Below, piece by piece: positions 41,876-54,300 of a DNA stretch of 64,000 nt. How positions within the stretch are numbered: position 1 is the first letter of the stretch; every line of letters begins with the position of its first letter. Made by a program: the position numbers and the translations under genes. Below the pieces are notes generated by a model. It saw nothing but the letters and a program-made list of their open reading frames with translations. It was not told the DNA's origin and made no database searches. This stretch comes from Nymphaea colorata (lineage: Eukaryota), in NCBI RefSeq assembly GCF_008831285.2, contig NC_045138.2, forward strand, positions 17,112,001 to 17,176,000, given 5' to 3'.

Positions 41876-43699
41876 GCTAACAGCTGCGGTAGATAGTTTG
41901 GTAGATAAGTAGATCTTGTACATTTTTTCAGGATCTATAGTTATATGAAAATTTCATCTTCTTTTCTGGTGTGTTTGTATAAGAATTTAATCTCCTCTTT
42001 CCCTCTCTCTGGCTCGACGTTGTGAGATGGTTTTTGCACGGTAGTGATGATGGTATTTCCGATCATCGTTGTATCTGACGAGGATGTTCTAAAAATTTAT
42101 ATTGAATGTTGACGGTTTGTTTTAGTCGTTTTGCCTTCGGTGGATTTTCATTTCTGTTCTTGGTGATCATCCTGTGTTTTAAGCAAACTCATCTTTGCCC
42201 TGTCATTGATGATTCATACCTGGTTGCGGTTTGATTCTACTACTAAGTCTTCCAGATTAATTCTTGATGTAAACTTATCAGTTAAATGGATTAGTTATTT
42301 TTAAAAGCCAATACAAAGTTGATATAGTTTGAGAAGATACCCAATACTTATGTGGACACAAACTACCCCATGGTTGTTGTTCTCCATTAACAAGTTTGTC
42401 TATTCTACGAAGACCAACATCAGAAAATTTGCAGAAAAAAACTTCTGGTCCAAGTCCGATTTTGAGATCAGATGAAGTTGCAAAGGTAATGACGATAAGC
42501 AGTGATGTGGCATTTTTTTTTTAAAAAATGTCGACGTTAGTTGCTACTATACGATAGATTGTGCAAGAGGAGAAAGGAATCGCCAAAAAGGAGAATATTT
42601 GGGAGTTGATTTTCCACGTTCATTGACAGTGATGTGGGTCATGTGGTATTTTTTTCTCTCTCGATCCAGTTCCACGCACGGAGAGGTGATCTCGTTTTCC
42701 AATTTTCTGGTTTTCGAAATTTCCCGATAACGTCATGCATCTGTTTAAGCCCAAGTGGGTTTTTGAGATCTCTCGATTATCATCTCCATATATCAAAAAG
42801 CAGAAAAGTCGAGGAAGTTCTCAGGCCGGTTTAAATACAGCTTGGTCAAATACGGCGTATCTTATAAAATTTAAATCTCGAAAACCATTATCTTGTGAAT
42901 GATGCGTGCACAACTGAATGCCTTGAGAGTATCAATCTGGACCCAAAAAAAAAAAAAAAAGAAGGGTTAGAGGGAAAACTACAGTCATCAACTAGATTTT
43001 TTCCTTGAAAAAATTACAGTGACACCTAAAAAGTTTATGAGTAAAAGAACCACGTATAGTCTTCTTATATCCGGAAAAGGACACCTATGTTTTCCTTCTA
43101 ATAGTCAATAAAAAATCATAAGTTTGTTTTTGAAAATTTAATTGTTAAATGAACAAAAAATTTAGCATTTTAGTCGCTGGAAAATAGTATGAATAGAAAG
43201 CTTTAAATAAAATTAGGTTTTCTCTGAAGAACTTCCTAAGACTAACAAAAAAATCACGTAAACATTGTTAGAAACAATAGAAAAACGAGGTTATTTTTAT
43301 ATAATTAAACATGTCATTTGATATATTCGACACATTGTCATTATTAAGTGTATTTTGATCATTAAATCACATTAAAAGAAGTTAGTTTGTAGGAAAGTAG
43401 TTGCTTTTAATTAATAATCCAAAGCTTAAATGTCCTTTAACAATAAGAAAAGTTAGATTATTTCAAATTTTGGGTGCTTGACGAGGAGAACCACCTTTAT
43501 CACCGATCATGCCTTGTCTGACGTGAGCAAGAAAAGCAAGCTCTTAATTGTTGTGCATGTTCATCGAAGAAAATGGATTGACGAGTAAATATTATAAAAC
43601 ATTATGGGTAAATAGTTTTTTTTTTTTTTAAATTTTCAAATTATAGCTGCATGGAGAATAACGTATATTAAAAAAGAAAAGTCAAAATGATCTACCCGT

Positions 43700-43882
43700 C
43701 AGTAGCGGAGCTACATATAGGTTGGTGTGGACAGTTTTAACCACGCCAACAATAAATTTTTTAATTATTTTTACATATTTTTATATAGATGTCTTATAAT
43801 TATTTACTTATTTATATATCTTTTATAAATGAGAATTTTTACAACTGTGTTTAATAGCAAAAAATTTCTGGCTCCGCTACTG
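43700..43882. mobile_element. hAT-type MITE, 183 bp
   Basis: TIRs CAGTAGCGGAGC and GCTCCGCTACTG. The 8-bp flanks CTACCCGT and CTACTTGT form a degenerate TSD. Confidence 0.8.
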
Positions 43883-44240
43883 CTACTTGTCCCTACATGC
43901 AAAAGAGTTTGATAGAACGAGGATAACTGGTATGCCCAGTGCGCCCATAGGTGCCGCTCAACCCAAAGCAACGTCTCCTTATACCAAGAATGAAGTGCCT
44001 TGGGGAATTGAACATGGAACATGCCTACACCAAACCAAACCCGCCTTCCCAATTACACTGTACATTATTTGGCCTGCCCGAAGAGAGAGAGAGAGAGAGA
44101 GAGAGAGAACAAACGTTCAAGAGCACCAGGCTGATGTTTGGATCTCGAAAAAGAAATTGAACCCATGCAACAAGTATGTACTGAAGAAAGGTTCAGCTGC
44201 AGGAAGAAGGCGAAGATGAATGGAACAACAACGGTAGATG

Positions 44241-44437
44241 CAGGGGCAGAGCTGGGATTTTCTTCAGGGGTGGGCCGACAGTCCAACCTCTGGATCCGGG
44301 TAGGGCCAAATTCAATTCAAATCCAAAAAATACATGACCTAATTAGAAAATCTTATTTTTTTCAATGTAATTTTTTTGTTTTACATTGGCCAGGGTGGGG
44401 CCATGGCTTAGGCGGCCCCCCCCTCCCTCCGCCCCAG
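44241..44437. mobile_element. hAT-type MITE, 197 bp
   Basis: Imperfect TIRs CAGGGGCAGAG and CTCCGCCCCAG. Perfect 8-bp TSD GGTAGATG (44233-44240, 44438-44445). Confidence 0.88.
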
Positions 44438-45539
44438 GGTAGATGGATGATCTAACGACTTGCAGACAGATTTCAACTTTCAAGGGGTTGGCCTGTTCGC
44501 TTCTCCTTACACTAACTCTGGACAATGGTAAGGGAAAGATATGGAACAGTCCAGAGGTCAATTGGGATCCTCTGCCAGGTCATGTAATCAGAGTTTAATA
44601 CTCTAATTTTGCTTTAATAAAGGTCGGGGGTCTAACACCATGCGCATGCACCGAAGAAGGGTCTGAGGTATTTTTGAAATTTTTTATAAAATATTTTAGG
44701 CTTCAAAATTTTTTACAATTCTTTTTTATCATTCTAAAAGGTTTCTTTTTTATCAGAACAGAGTTATTTTGGTCATTATACACTCCCGTGCACAATTTTA
44801 GTCATGCATAAAATTGTGCACATAACCAGCTTCACCGGAAAAGCACTTTCCATTTTCATCCAACAATTGGTGTCGTAGTGGCCTCTCTTTGAGGTGGTGG
44901 AATGAACAACTAGTTCTAAAAAAAACAGGAATTTTGCTAAACAATGTTGTTAGGATCAGCCGGAATCAACCAATTCTACTAAATATGGCAAATAGATTGG
45001 GTGCCATGCATGAGGTTTCAATTATTTTGAAGACATCTTAAAAAGTTTTTGTACTTTAATTATTTTCTAAAATATTTTGAAGATATCTTAAAAAGTTTTG
45101 CACTTTAACTCTTTTCAAAAATTGATTTTTTTAACATTTTTGTGATTCACTAAGATCTAACTGGTTTCTGTTGTGGTTTCATCATTGTAATCCTTCACCT
45201 TCCATCCCAAAGATTATTGTTGAAATCTGAATTTGAAAGATAGCAAAATAGATAATTGCAAGTACTTCAGCAAATTTCAAATTAGATCTTTTATTAGGGG
45301 TCATTTGGCAGTTGGAACACTTTGTGAGTGATCCATGAATCTACCCCAAAGATTGGACAAATTCATCAAACACTAAAATATAAGTGCCCATGAATCTGTC
45401 TTAATCTTTGAGGCAAATTCATTCAACACAGATAAAATAGTGCACGTTTTGTAAGCTGCGATCTAGGCTACAAAAACGATAAGTTGATATATTTCACGCC
45501 CTCGTGGTTTGAATAGGCACCTATCTTTTGCACTAGAGA

Positions 45540-46189
45540 AATCAGAATATAAATGGAATCAAAATAGTACTAGTATCCTAGTTATAGAAGGATTTTCATT
45601 CTAGCTACCAATCCATATCCAAATTAATGAGGCAATAAACCAACAAAAAGAAAAAAAGTAAGGATTAGTTAGTACATATATGTACTTGCTTAATTTGGAG
45701 CGATTTCCTTGAGATGGTATTGCATCTATAATGTCTAAATTGGGCCAATTTCTCCACTATAAATCTAATAGCCTAACCCTTCTCTACACAACACCTCTTC
45801 CTCTTTTTGCTTTTATGATATGAATAAGCTTTCTTTAGCATTTTTTAGGTGAGGTATTTCTCTGTGTTCCATTCTTTCCTTTGTTTTCCTTTCAATGATA
45901 TCCAGGACAGTTAAAATCATTGCTTTCTGTATGCATCTCCAGTACTTTTTTTCCCTACCCTATGAAATGTTCAACCCTGTACATACAAAGCATTCAAATT
46001 ATGCAATTTGCAAGATAAAACATGATATGACATGAATATTTTCATTCCCCAGGGCCCATGGTTTGAATTAACAAAATTTCGCCATATTGCCGTCTTTTTA
46101 CTGAAAGAACAATGTCTTTTATCAATTAAAAAAAGAGCAGTTTTTTGTGCAAAATTGTAGTTTTTGAGAATATTTTACTATTCAAGCAG
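45540..46189 (+). promoter_or_regulatory. Putative Pol II promoter / non-coding exon 1 / intron module preceding hairpin B (homolog of 5810-6675)
   Basis: TATAAAT at 45758-45764. Donor-like AG|GTGAGG at 45849; acceptor-like TTGTAG (46155-46160) and AAGCAG|G (46189). Multiple collinear blocks are shared with 5810-6675. Confidence 0.5.
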
Positions 46190-46367
46190 GCCATAGACAT
46201 TTTCCTTATGATATGAATAGAGAAGAAATCAACCCCTCCTGTAAGTCTGACGAAGGCTGTACATGTCAGGACGTCGTCTTGAAGTCCAAATATGCATGAA
46301 GATACCCTGGTCTAAAATATAGGTACAAAATATAAAAATTATTACACAAGCTTAGATTATCTAGATA

Positions 46368-47652
46368 AAGTCATGATTTTGTTATTCTGTTAATTAAGGT
46401 GAAATTTTCTGCTGAGGAGCGTTAATGTTTGTAAATATGAACCACAGAAGTCGTATCTCAATATAAAACAGTTACATACCTTGTTGAAAGATGATATTTG
46501 AAACACTTCTGGTCCTTATGTCCTTTCTTAGGAAAGCAATTTGAAACATTCAAATGATGCTCGACAGTGTTTACTGTTCTTGCCCAAGCAATACTTTCCC
46601 ACCTGCAATGTAGGTTTAATGTCTTCTAAGGAGGCACAAAATCAAGTTAGTTCTGCCAGTCCTTACACTGATGGAAAGGTGAAAAATCAATCAATACTTT
46701 CTTGATATTGCACAAGGGTCAGTGTTCACGTGCTTCATAAAATACAGGGAAAGTATCCATTATAATGTTTTAGTATTCTTGGGTATTGCTCTCAGTATTG
46801 CTAAACTACTATGCTTTATTTATTTGAAACTTATTGAGGTTTTTTTACCTCTTTGTTTTGTTTGTTCCTTCGTGTCCAGTTGATCTAAAATGTGTGATCC
46901 TCGACCTTTTCTCGGCTCAAATTCTACTCACTTCTTTCTTTATCAGTTAACGCTATTGCCACTCCTTCATTTGAGAAAATGTGACTGTATTGTCTCTCCT
47001 TTTCTTATCAGTTAACATTTTCTCAAATAAAGGAGTGACAATGTAGTTAACTGATAAGGAAAGGAGTGACAATAGAATTTGATCTCTAAGTGTCAAGGAT
47101 CACAAATTTCTGATCAACTAAATACGAGGAGGCAAATGAAACAAAAAAAGTAAAAATACTTCAGTATGATTCAACTAAATAAAGCACGCCAGTTTTGCAA
47201 TACAGAGACAAATAACTAAGAATATTCGAACAATATAATGGATACTTTCTTGATATTTTCTGAAGCTCTTGAATACTGATCCTTGGGCAGTATCGAGGAA
47301 GTATTGACCGACTTTTCGCCTTTGCATCAGTGTAAGGCTTGGTAGTGATAACTTGACTTTGTGTCTCCTTAGCAGACCCTAGACTTGCATGGCGGTAGGA
47401 AAATTTTGCTTTGAGAAGGATGTTAAGTGTCCCCATTGTTGAGCATCATTTGAATGCTTCATATTTGCTTTCCCATGAAAAATGCAGAGAAGGAACAGAA
47501 GCATTTGAAATGTCATCTTTCAACAAGGTATGTAACTGTTTTATATTGAAATATGACTCCAGTGGTTCACATTTAGAAACAACAACAATTTTTCCAGACT
47601 CCTCTGCAAAAGTATTTTCAGCATAAATGACAAAATAACAAAACCAGGACTT
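46368..47652 (+). ncRNA. ~1.3-kb inverted repeat B, candidate long-hairpin RNA derived from a VAL/HSI2-like B3 gene fragment
   Basis: Arms pair throughout, e.g. TCAATATAAAACAGTTACATACCTTGTTGAAAGATGA (~46458-46494) with TCATCTTTCAACAAGGTATGTAACTGTTTTATATTGA (~47513-47549). Loop is only ~20 nt (46988-47008). The fold-back is directly visible; transcription is inferred. Confidence 0.55.
47246..47436 (-). pseudogene. Fragment of a VAL/HSI2-like (B3-domain repressor) gene, pre-B3 exon; inverted copy at 46578-46752 (+)
   Basis: Translates as ...SAKETQSQVITTKPYTDAKAKSRSILPRYCPRISIQELQKISR then a GTATCC donor. This resembles the VAL motif just before the B3 domain (..[23 protein letters not shown]). 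The left-arm copy reads FLPKQY..SSKEAQNQV..DGKVKNQSILS*YCTRVSVHVLHKIQG with a stop codon. Confidence 0.65.
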
Positions 47653-49104
47653 GTTAAGTTGTGACACTTTATATCTTTCATAGTATATAAAGCTCTCTTT
47701 ATCTCTCTCCATAGGGACAAAACGAGTGTAAAAGGTATTTAGTTGCATTGCAAGATTTTCAATCAACTCTATTGATAAGAACTCTTAAATATGAAGTTAA
47801 TGGCTCATGAAAATAGATAACCACACTCTGAAATTTTTTTTCAAGCGACACTAAAATCCTTTGCCAAGTTTATTAAGTATCCGATTGACATAGTTTACAC
47901 AGTAATTATGTTTACTTAATTGGTCACATACATATCTTTTCACAAGAGCATGCCACCAGTATGAAGAAATTGGAAGGGCTAAACAAGTCTTGCATGTGCA
48001 CGACAGGTTTAGATTGTATTTTTCAATTGGATTTGGTATGAAGGTGAAAGAGATTCAGACAAGGGTTGAAATGCCTGCGTTTTCAGACCCAAACGTAAAT
48101 ACACCCAAGTATCTCAATTTTCATAAACGTTTGGAACAGGCACGAGTTATGTCCTTTAAAAGTTTAGGCACAATATAGATCTGATAGGAAAAGTACTTAT
48201 CTACAAGTTATCTCAATTTTGACAAAAACTTGAACAAGCTTGAGCCATGCCAGTTGAAAGTTTAGGCACAGTGGAAAGATCTGCCTATCTATATGCTTGG
48301 CGATGGAAAAGACCTTCATACTCTGCCATCTGCATGATCCTTCTTATGAAAGAGTTGGATGAGCTGACTTTCTCACGGGGGTAAAATGCACTCACTCAGC
48401 TGAGAAAGTAGGAGCAGGCACACACACATTGAATGTGCATCCTCTGTTGTCAATGCAGGTAAATCCATGTCGCACCTTTCTTTATAAAACCATCTCTTGA
48501 CATAGCAGGTAGAACATCTTGATAGTGACCGCCTAGCTAGTAAGCCAAATGCTGCAATATTTTTTTGGGGTCAGAGGAACCTCTATTAGATTATGACGAG
48601 ACTTTTCCTGAGCATGCTCCTTCAGTGTGTAGGTCATACCCGACCTCATAGCTCGGTGTGCAGAGCAGTGCTTTTGTGGGTAACTTGGCGCCTCAGTTAC
48701 TGTATATCAAGCCAAACTAATTCCTCTTGGAGGGTAGATCCAGCTGCAATGCCATTGCCCAAGTTAAGTGTAACTAGCATCCTTAAACCAATTATAAAGC
48801 CCTTTCAAATGTTCCAGCTTCAAAAAATATGCTCCTCATGGGCCAAAACATACAACTCAGATTTCAGATACTTTTATCTGAGTTTTGTTGCTATGCATTT
48901 AAAACTGTAAAGAAATTACACATTTCAGACCATGTCTATAGGTCTTTGAATATGAAAATCACAGCTGTATGACTGAAGCTCACTTGCATAACATATGCAC
49001 AGTTAGATTGCACCTGACTCTGGCTTTTTTACCTTGCCATAGTGCAAGTGAATGCATTTTCTATACAGTTAGAACTGCGGCTAAAACTTGCAGCTTCACG
49101 TGCT

Positions 49105-50753
49105 TCACTCTTGGCACTGTAGTTCAGGTGGACTCCTGTGGTAATGGAGTTCATAACGCAGAAAATCATGGCCTTCAATCTCGATGATGGAATTCAAGAG
49201 ATGAAGTTGGTTGTCTTTTCTGGTTGGGGAGGCAACCACATCTCTCCAGATTTGCCTTGCGTTGAGGCACGAGTCTTCAACCTTGTAGAGGTCCTCTACT
49301 GAGTCTGCATCCTCATTCAGCGTTGAAACTCTTCTGAGCCATTCATAGTCATTGGGATCAATTTGCATGTTGGTAGCTCCCTCTTTCTTCCATCCGATCA
49401 ACTGCAATCAAGGATCATAGATTTTAGCACAAACAGAAAGTCCAGCAGGTGCAGGTTGCGTTCATGATGTTAAAAACCAAATCTCATAACTCATTCAATC
49501 AGGTGCAGGATGTTCATTTCAAAATGAGCAAACTAGAGCAATTCATAACTAATCAAAACATATTTGCCATTTCCACTAACAGCAGGTGTCTGCGACTGTG
49601 TCTGCTGGAAACCATTGATTGAATCTTCATCATAGCAAATGACCCTTTGAATCAGACCGCACAGTGAGGATCCACCTTAGGGTTTGTACAACATCCTCTA
49701 TTTTGCGGGAGGAGTTGTTCTGTACGGAACTCACATATCCAAGAACTCATTTCCACTTGCAACAGCAAGTAATCCATCACCACATAGAATGCTGAAAAGG
49801 TAAATTGGTAAGAAGGCATATACGGAGGATATTGAAAAGGTTAACTACCTTAGGTGGGCCTGCAATTGCATTGGTGGAATAGAGCTTGGCTTCATCCACC
49901 AAGTCACAGTACTTGTGTAAGCCACTAGCAAACATCTTGTGAGATCTGAGCTGTGACTTCACCCTCACTCCTCTACCCATTACTATGGCTCGCCTGCACG
50001 TACCGCAACTTCGATTAGCAGACTGCATAATCTTATACGAAATGAATATGCTACTTTCCCTTCATGTATGCCTTCTCGCTGGGAAGGAAATTGCATTTGA
50101 GTATTCTTGTAACAACGTAAGTTACTTAATTGCAAAACACAATTAGAATTTGAACAAGCCACGAATGTAATATACACACAGAAAACAGAGCATGAGAGCA
50201 CATTTGGCATGTTGGTACTGCCAAAAGCATCTCAATTTGAAGGATTTCTTGTCAAAAGATTTTTCAAAACAAGAAGTTTACATATATATATGTACCTGAT
50301 GCCACGGACAACGGCTAGGTGAGCATCGCAAACAACGCCAACAAACTCGATCTTGTAAGGCTTCCTGTTGTTCATACAAGTCCTAGTGGATTCATCTTCC
50401 TCAACTTCCTCCCAGTAGTTTTCAGTAACAGATCCATCATCAAGAACCTTATATCCGACCCCCATACGGTACCGTCGCCGATGCACGTTCCTGGCCATGG
50501 CGATCGTCTGTACCACGTACGGTTCCCACGACAAGGTCCCGTCCATGATCACGTCGCGCCCCTCATTCAATGCCGTTACCAGCAGTGATGAAGCTGCATG
50601 CGTTGATGATTGATGCACCTGCTTTGCGTTAACATATCGATCTAAGTAAGAATAGGAACACTGGATTCTGCACCGAGGTAACTTATGATATGATTCATTG
50701 TGAAAAGAAAGTTCAAATTCCACAGAATGTGCATGGCAGGTTCTTGACATCTT

Positions 50754-50830
<77 letters not shown>

Positions 50831-50836
50831 TGGCAC

Positions 50837-50878
<42 letters not shown>

Positions 50879-53800
50879 ACCAGCTCTGATGTATCAATCA
50901 TGTCAGGGTGGCCTATAGAGCGAAGGGCTCTAAAGATGACGTCCGTCTCCTTGAAGGCGTCTGCTTCGACTACAACCTTATTGGCTGTCTCTGCCCAGAA
51001 CCCACTGTAAGAACGATGCATGTGTCAGCCCATTTAAGACCCACAGACCACCAGTTTTAATTTTCGTTTTTAATTAACGAGAGAAGCCTCCTCCACTATC
51101 AGGTTGAAGAGGACAATGTCATAAAACTAGAACACTTAATCAAGTTGACACATTTCTGGGTTGTTTGGTAGCTAGAAGATTTATGTGGATGAGCATTTCA
51201 TATACTTGTCTTAGTATTAGAGAAATTTATCGAACATTAGTTTTAACATTTTATCAATCTATTCAAATTAGTAGATTCATAAAGCACTCCTTAGTTAAAT
51301 GATCTTGAATCCCAAAATTTCTGTGGGGGATAAAGGTTTATGACAAAGAAGAAAAAGATGGGATTTGGTGGGGGTTCTTACTCGTTGAGTATATTCTTGA
51401 GGACGGTGCTCTTGCCTGCACCCATGCCGCCGCCCATGAGGAGGAGGACGGGCCTCCGCTCACTTGCTTTCTCAGAAGACACTGTCTCAGTGACCGGCGA
51501 GGTGCGGGACTCTTTGCCCATGGCCTTGAACTCGTCCACCAGGGTCGAGAAAACTCGAGTCACCTTCAGGTCCTTGGTCAGCCTCTCGATCCTCTGAGTC
51601 CTGCACAAATTACCCACTGTTATTCCACCTCAATCACATCAAAATTAGAGCGCCAGTGAGCGCTTGGGGTCGACCATGAAAGTGAATTATGTGCACCAAC
51701 AAAAATGCACTAGCAAGAAAGAAAGGTGAAATTGGTAACAAGAAACATTGTCTTTTTGGTATCAAACGGTGCATATAAGCAACTTGGTCTACCGCCAAGA
51801 CGTGATTGTAAGAGGGACATTCCCATCTTTTTGAAAACATTGTCTTTTAGTATCAAACGGTGCTGCTGCCAACACGTCGTTGTGTGAAGGGGCATCCTCA
51901 TCTTTTTGAAACTCAGGTCATATTTGGTTCGTTTAGCGGTATTTTAGTTATTGTAGCACTACGCCATGAGTGGATCGCCGGAAACAGCCGCTGCAACAGG
52001 TTGTTCTGTGGCGGCTACAGCCGAAACTAGTAACCTTTCTCATCGAATTTGAGTGCTTTATCATGCTCCGATCTCCACCAAAATTGGATAAGTTGTAGAG
52101 GAGGACGAGAGAGCACGGTCTCTCTCCCATTTGAAAGGAAGGTTTGTCGTAGTGAGGTGGGCCGTGACCGTCGGGAAGCAGTTTGAACTTTGACGGCCAT
52201 CGTTGGCTTTCTTTCTTACGGCTTTATAGTCTACATTGGCGGAAGACGCGCTACGAAACTTAGTCAAGTCAACTAGGTGGACTGGCCGCCACCGGCCGAG
52301 CTAATCAGAAAACTCGGTTGACTCGACTGGACCAACTTGGTCGAATCGAGCCAAACTCGACCCGAATTTGTCCCCCAACTTTCCACTTTTTGTTAATGTC
52401 AAACCGAGGCAAATCGAACCAGGAGTCGACTCGGTGAGTTCCAACGATGCTCACAAAAACAGTCGGGGTCTCCACTTCCCTTGGTTGTTATCGTGCTTCA
52501 GTGTGTTATTTTTTTCAAAAGCAAATGGTGGCAGACGCCACTCTTAAGCTGAAGAGCACAACTACATGTTTACTGAGATTTTCAAGCAGCTTTGAACCTC
52601 TGCAACGAAAAAGAAGGAGTTTCGTCTTCTCACTCTAGCAGTAAAGTTCTTTCAGGCTCAGCTGAAATGGTTTTTGGATGAAAAGGAAAAGAAAATGGAG
52701 AAGAACCTCTTTGTCCTCGATTGATCCGTTATAAGCGTTTGGATGACAAACTTTGTGGATTTTATTTATGTTGGCAGAAGGAGACAAGTGAAGGCCCAAC
52801 TAAAACAATGGCATGAAGCCGCAAGACTCACCTGGTAGCTGCCATCACCATGTTTCTGAGCTTGCTTTTCGGTGGAGACTCCATGCGCAAAGCCTTCAAA
52901 AGAGAGTAAACAAGACTTCATCCCCACTGGTTTTTAGAGAAGTGAAGGGAAAAATGGAGAGTGAAGGGAACTAACCGCAGTAACGAGGAATGAAGAATGG
53001 TTCCAATGAAAGGCGAAGTAGCTAAGAGCGCACGCCTCAAGCTCACCGATCAGCTTCTCGCAAAGAGCCTTTCCGTCAAATTCATCAGCAAAATAATCAC
53101 GTATTTCTTCCTTCCAACCCTCTGTGGCTCTCAAGTAGTCGCCAACCAACTTGCAGAAAACGGGATGATTCTCTGCACCTGTGATGCCCAATTGCCGAGC
53201 TGCAAGAAGGTTCTCAGAGGTCAGTCTTAGAAAATCAAGGATTATAACCAAATTATTATCAAATTTTGGGTAAACGAGAGGATTATAATCAGATTCCTTG
53301 GCCTTAAATACATGCATAATGAACATATAATGCATCTATTTTTCTCTGTTGCTAGGTATTTCAAAGTAAAACTAAACAATCTTTATTTTTAGATTGATTG
53401 AAACTATTAATCAATGATCATGGATGAAAAGGACTATTAGGTGGAAAGAATTAATCATTCAACTAAACATGCAAAATGTATTTTTGCAATGTTTACTTTG
53501 GTCCTGTGCTCCACTTGAAGTTTTTTAGTGCGACCACCTAACAAGCTGCATAAAGCTATTCACTTGCTTCTCCTTTGTGCAGAGTAAAATTTTAAAAAAG
53601 AAAAAGCATACAAATTGATTAAGAGAAAAGGTTTAGAACAGGGTGCAGAATCACATGGTGACTGGTGTACAAGCCTCACAAAATTAGTTTAATACATATG
53701 TAAATGTTTTGATATATGTGATTGTTATATATATAAGTGTCCCAAAAAAAATTAAGAGTATTGAATGAGTACCTCCATAAAAAAAAACTTTCTGGCTCTT

Positions 53801-54300
53801 TTAATGTGGCACCATAAACTTTAAAAATTTCAGATAAGGGAGAAGAAAATTTCTCAACCAACGAAGATGAGAACGACCTTTAAATGGCCCAAAAAGCTAT
53901 AAACTCTCAACTTTAAGACACAATCAGGAAAGACTTTTACACATACGATCACTAATGGGTTTTAGAAGTGACTGGTTCTGTAACATGGTACAAACAGTTC
54001 GGGCATGATTCACAGTGTTGAAAAACAAATATAATTAGTTTGACATAATTTTAATAATTCAGAAAGCTGATGAAAAATTCAAAAGCTGCAACTTCCGGCG
54101 AGCGGGAACGCAGGAGGCATAAAGAGATTTTGGTGACACTGAATTTTTCTTTTTCCTGAAAATTAGATGTGACTGAGAGATAGAGAAAGCAGAGAGCAGG
54201 GAGATTGTGGATTACCAACATAGTGAGGAAAGGTTTCGAGCTTCTGAATCCGGCCGTCGTGGCTAAAGACCGTGACAGGGACAAGCTTCTCCACCCCCAT
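49105..54300 (-). CDS. NADKc: Ca2+/calmodulin-dependent NAD kinase-like protein (zeta-toxin-fold P-loop NTPase, NADKc family), 8 exons, 492 aa
   Basis: Exons (minus): 54300-54216, 53199-52976, 52893-52832, 51600-51382, 51004-50881, 50618-50296, 49993-49849, 49401-49105. All GT-AG; 1479 nt in frame. Motifs: FPHYVARQLG, SYFAFHW, VMAATRTQRIERLTKDLKVTRVFSTLV, Walker A GGGMGAGKST, VVVEADAFKETD and SSLLVTALNEGRDVIMDGTLSW. Confidence 0.9.
50756..50876. repeat. Compound (TA)n + (GA)n microsatellite in NADKc intron 5
   Basis: About 34 TA units (50756-50825) and about 19 AG units (50839-50876), abutting the splice donor. Confidence 0.95.

Noticed and set aside
41455..41923. Antisense ORFs over histone H1 exon 2
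   Set aside because: A mirror of the repetitive Lys/Ala/Pro codons of H1.
45880..45903. TTTGTTTTCCT resembles the 5' half of miR2275
   Set aside because: An 11-nt low-complexity match only; the 3' half differs, there is no local precursor stem, and it is not conserved in the homologous leader.
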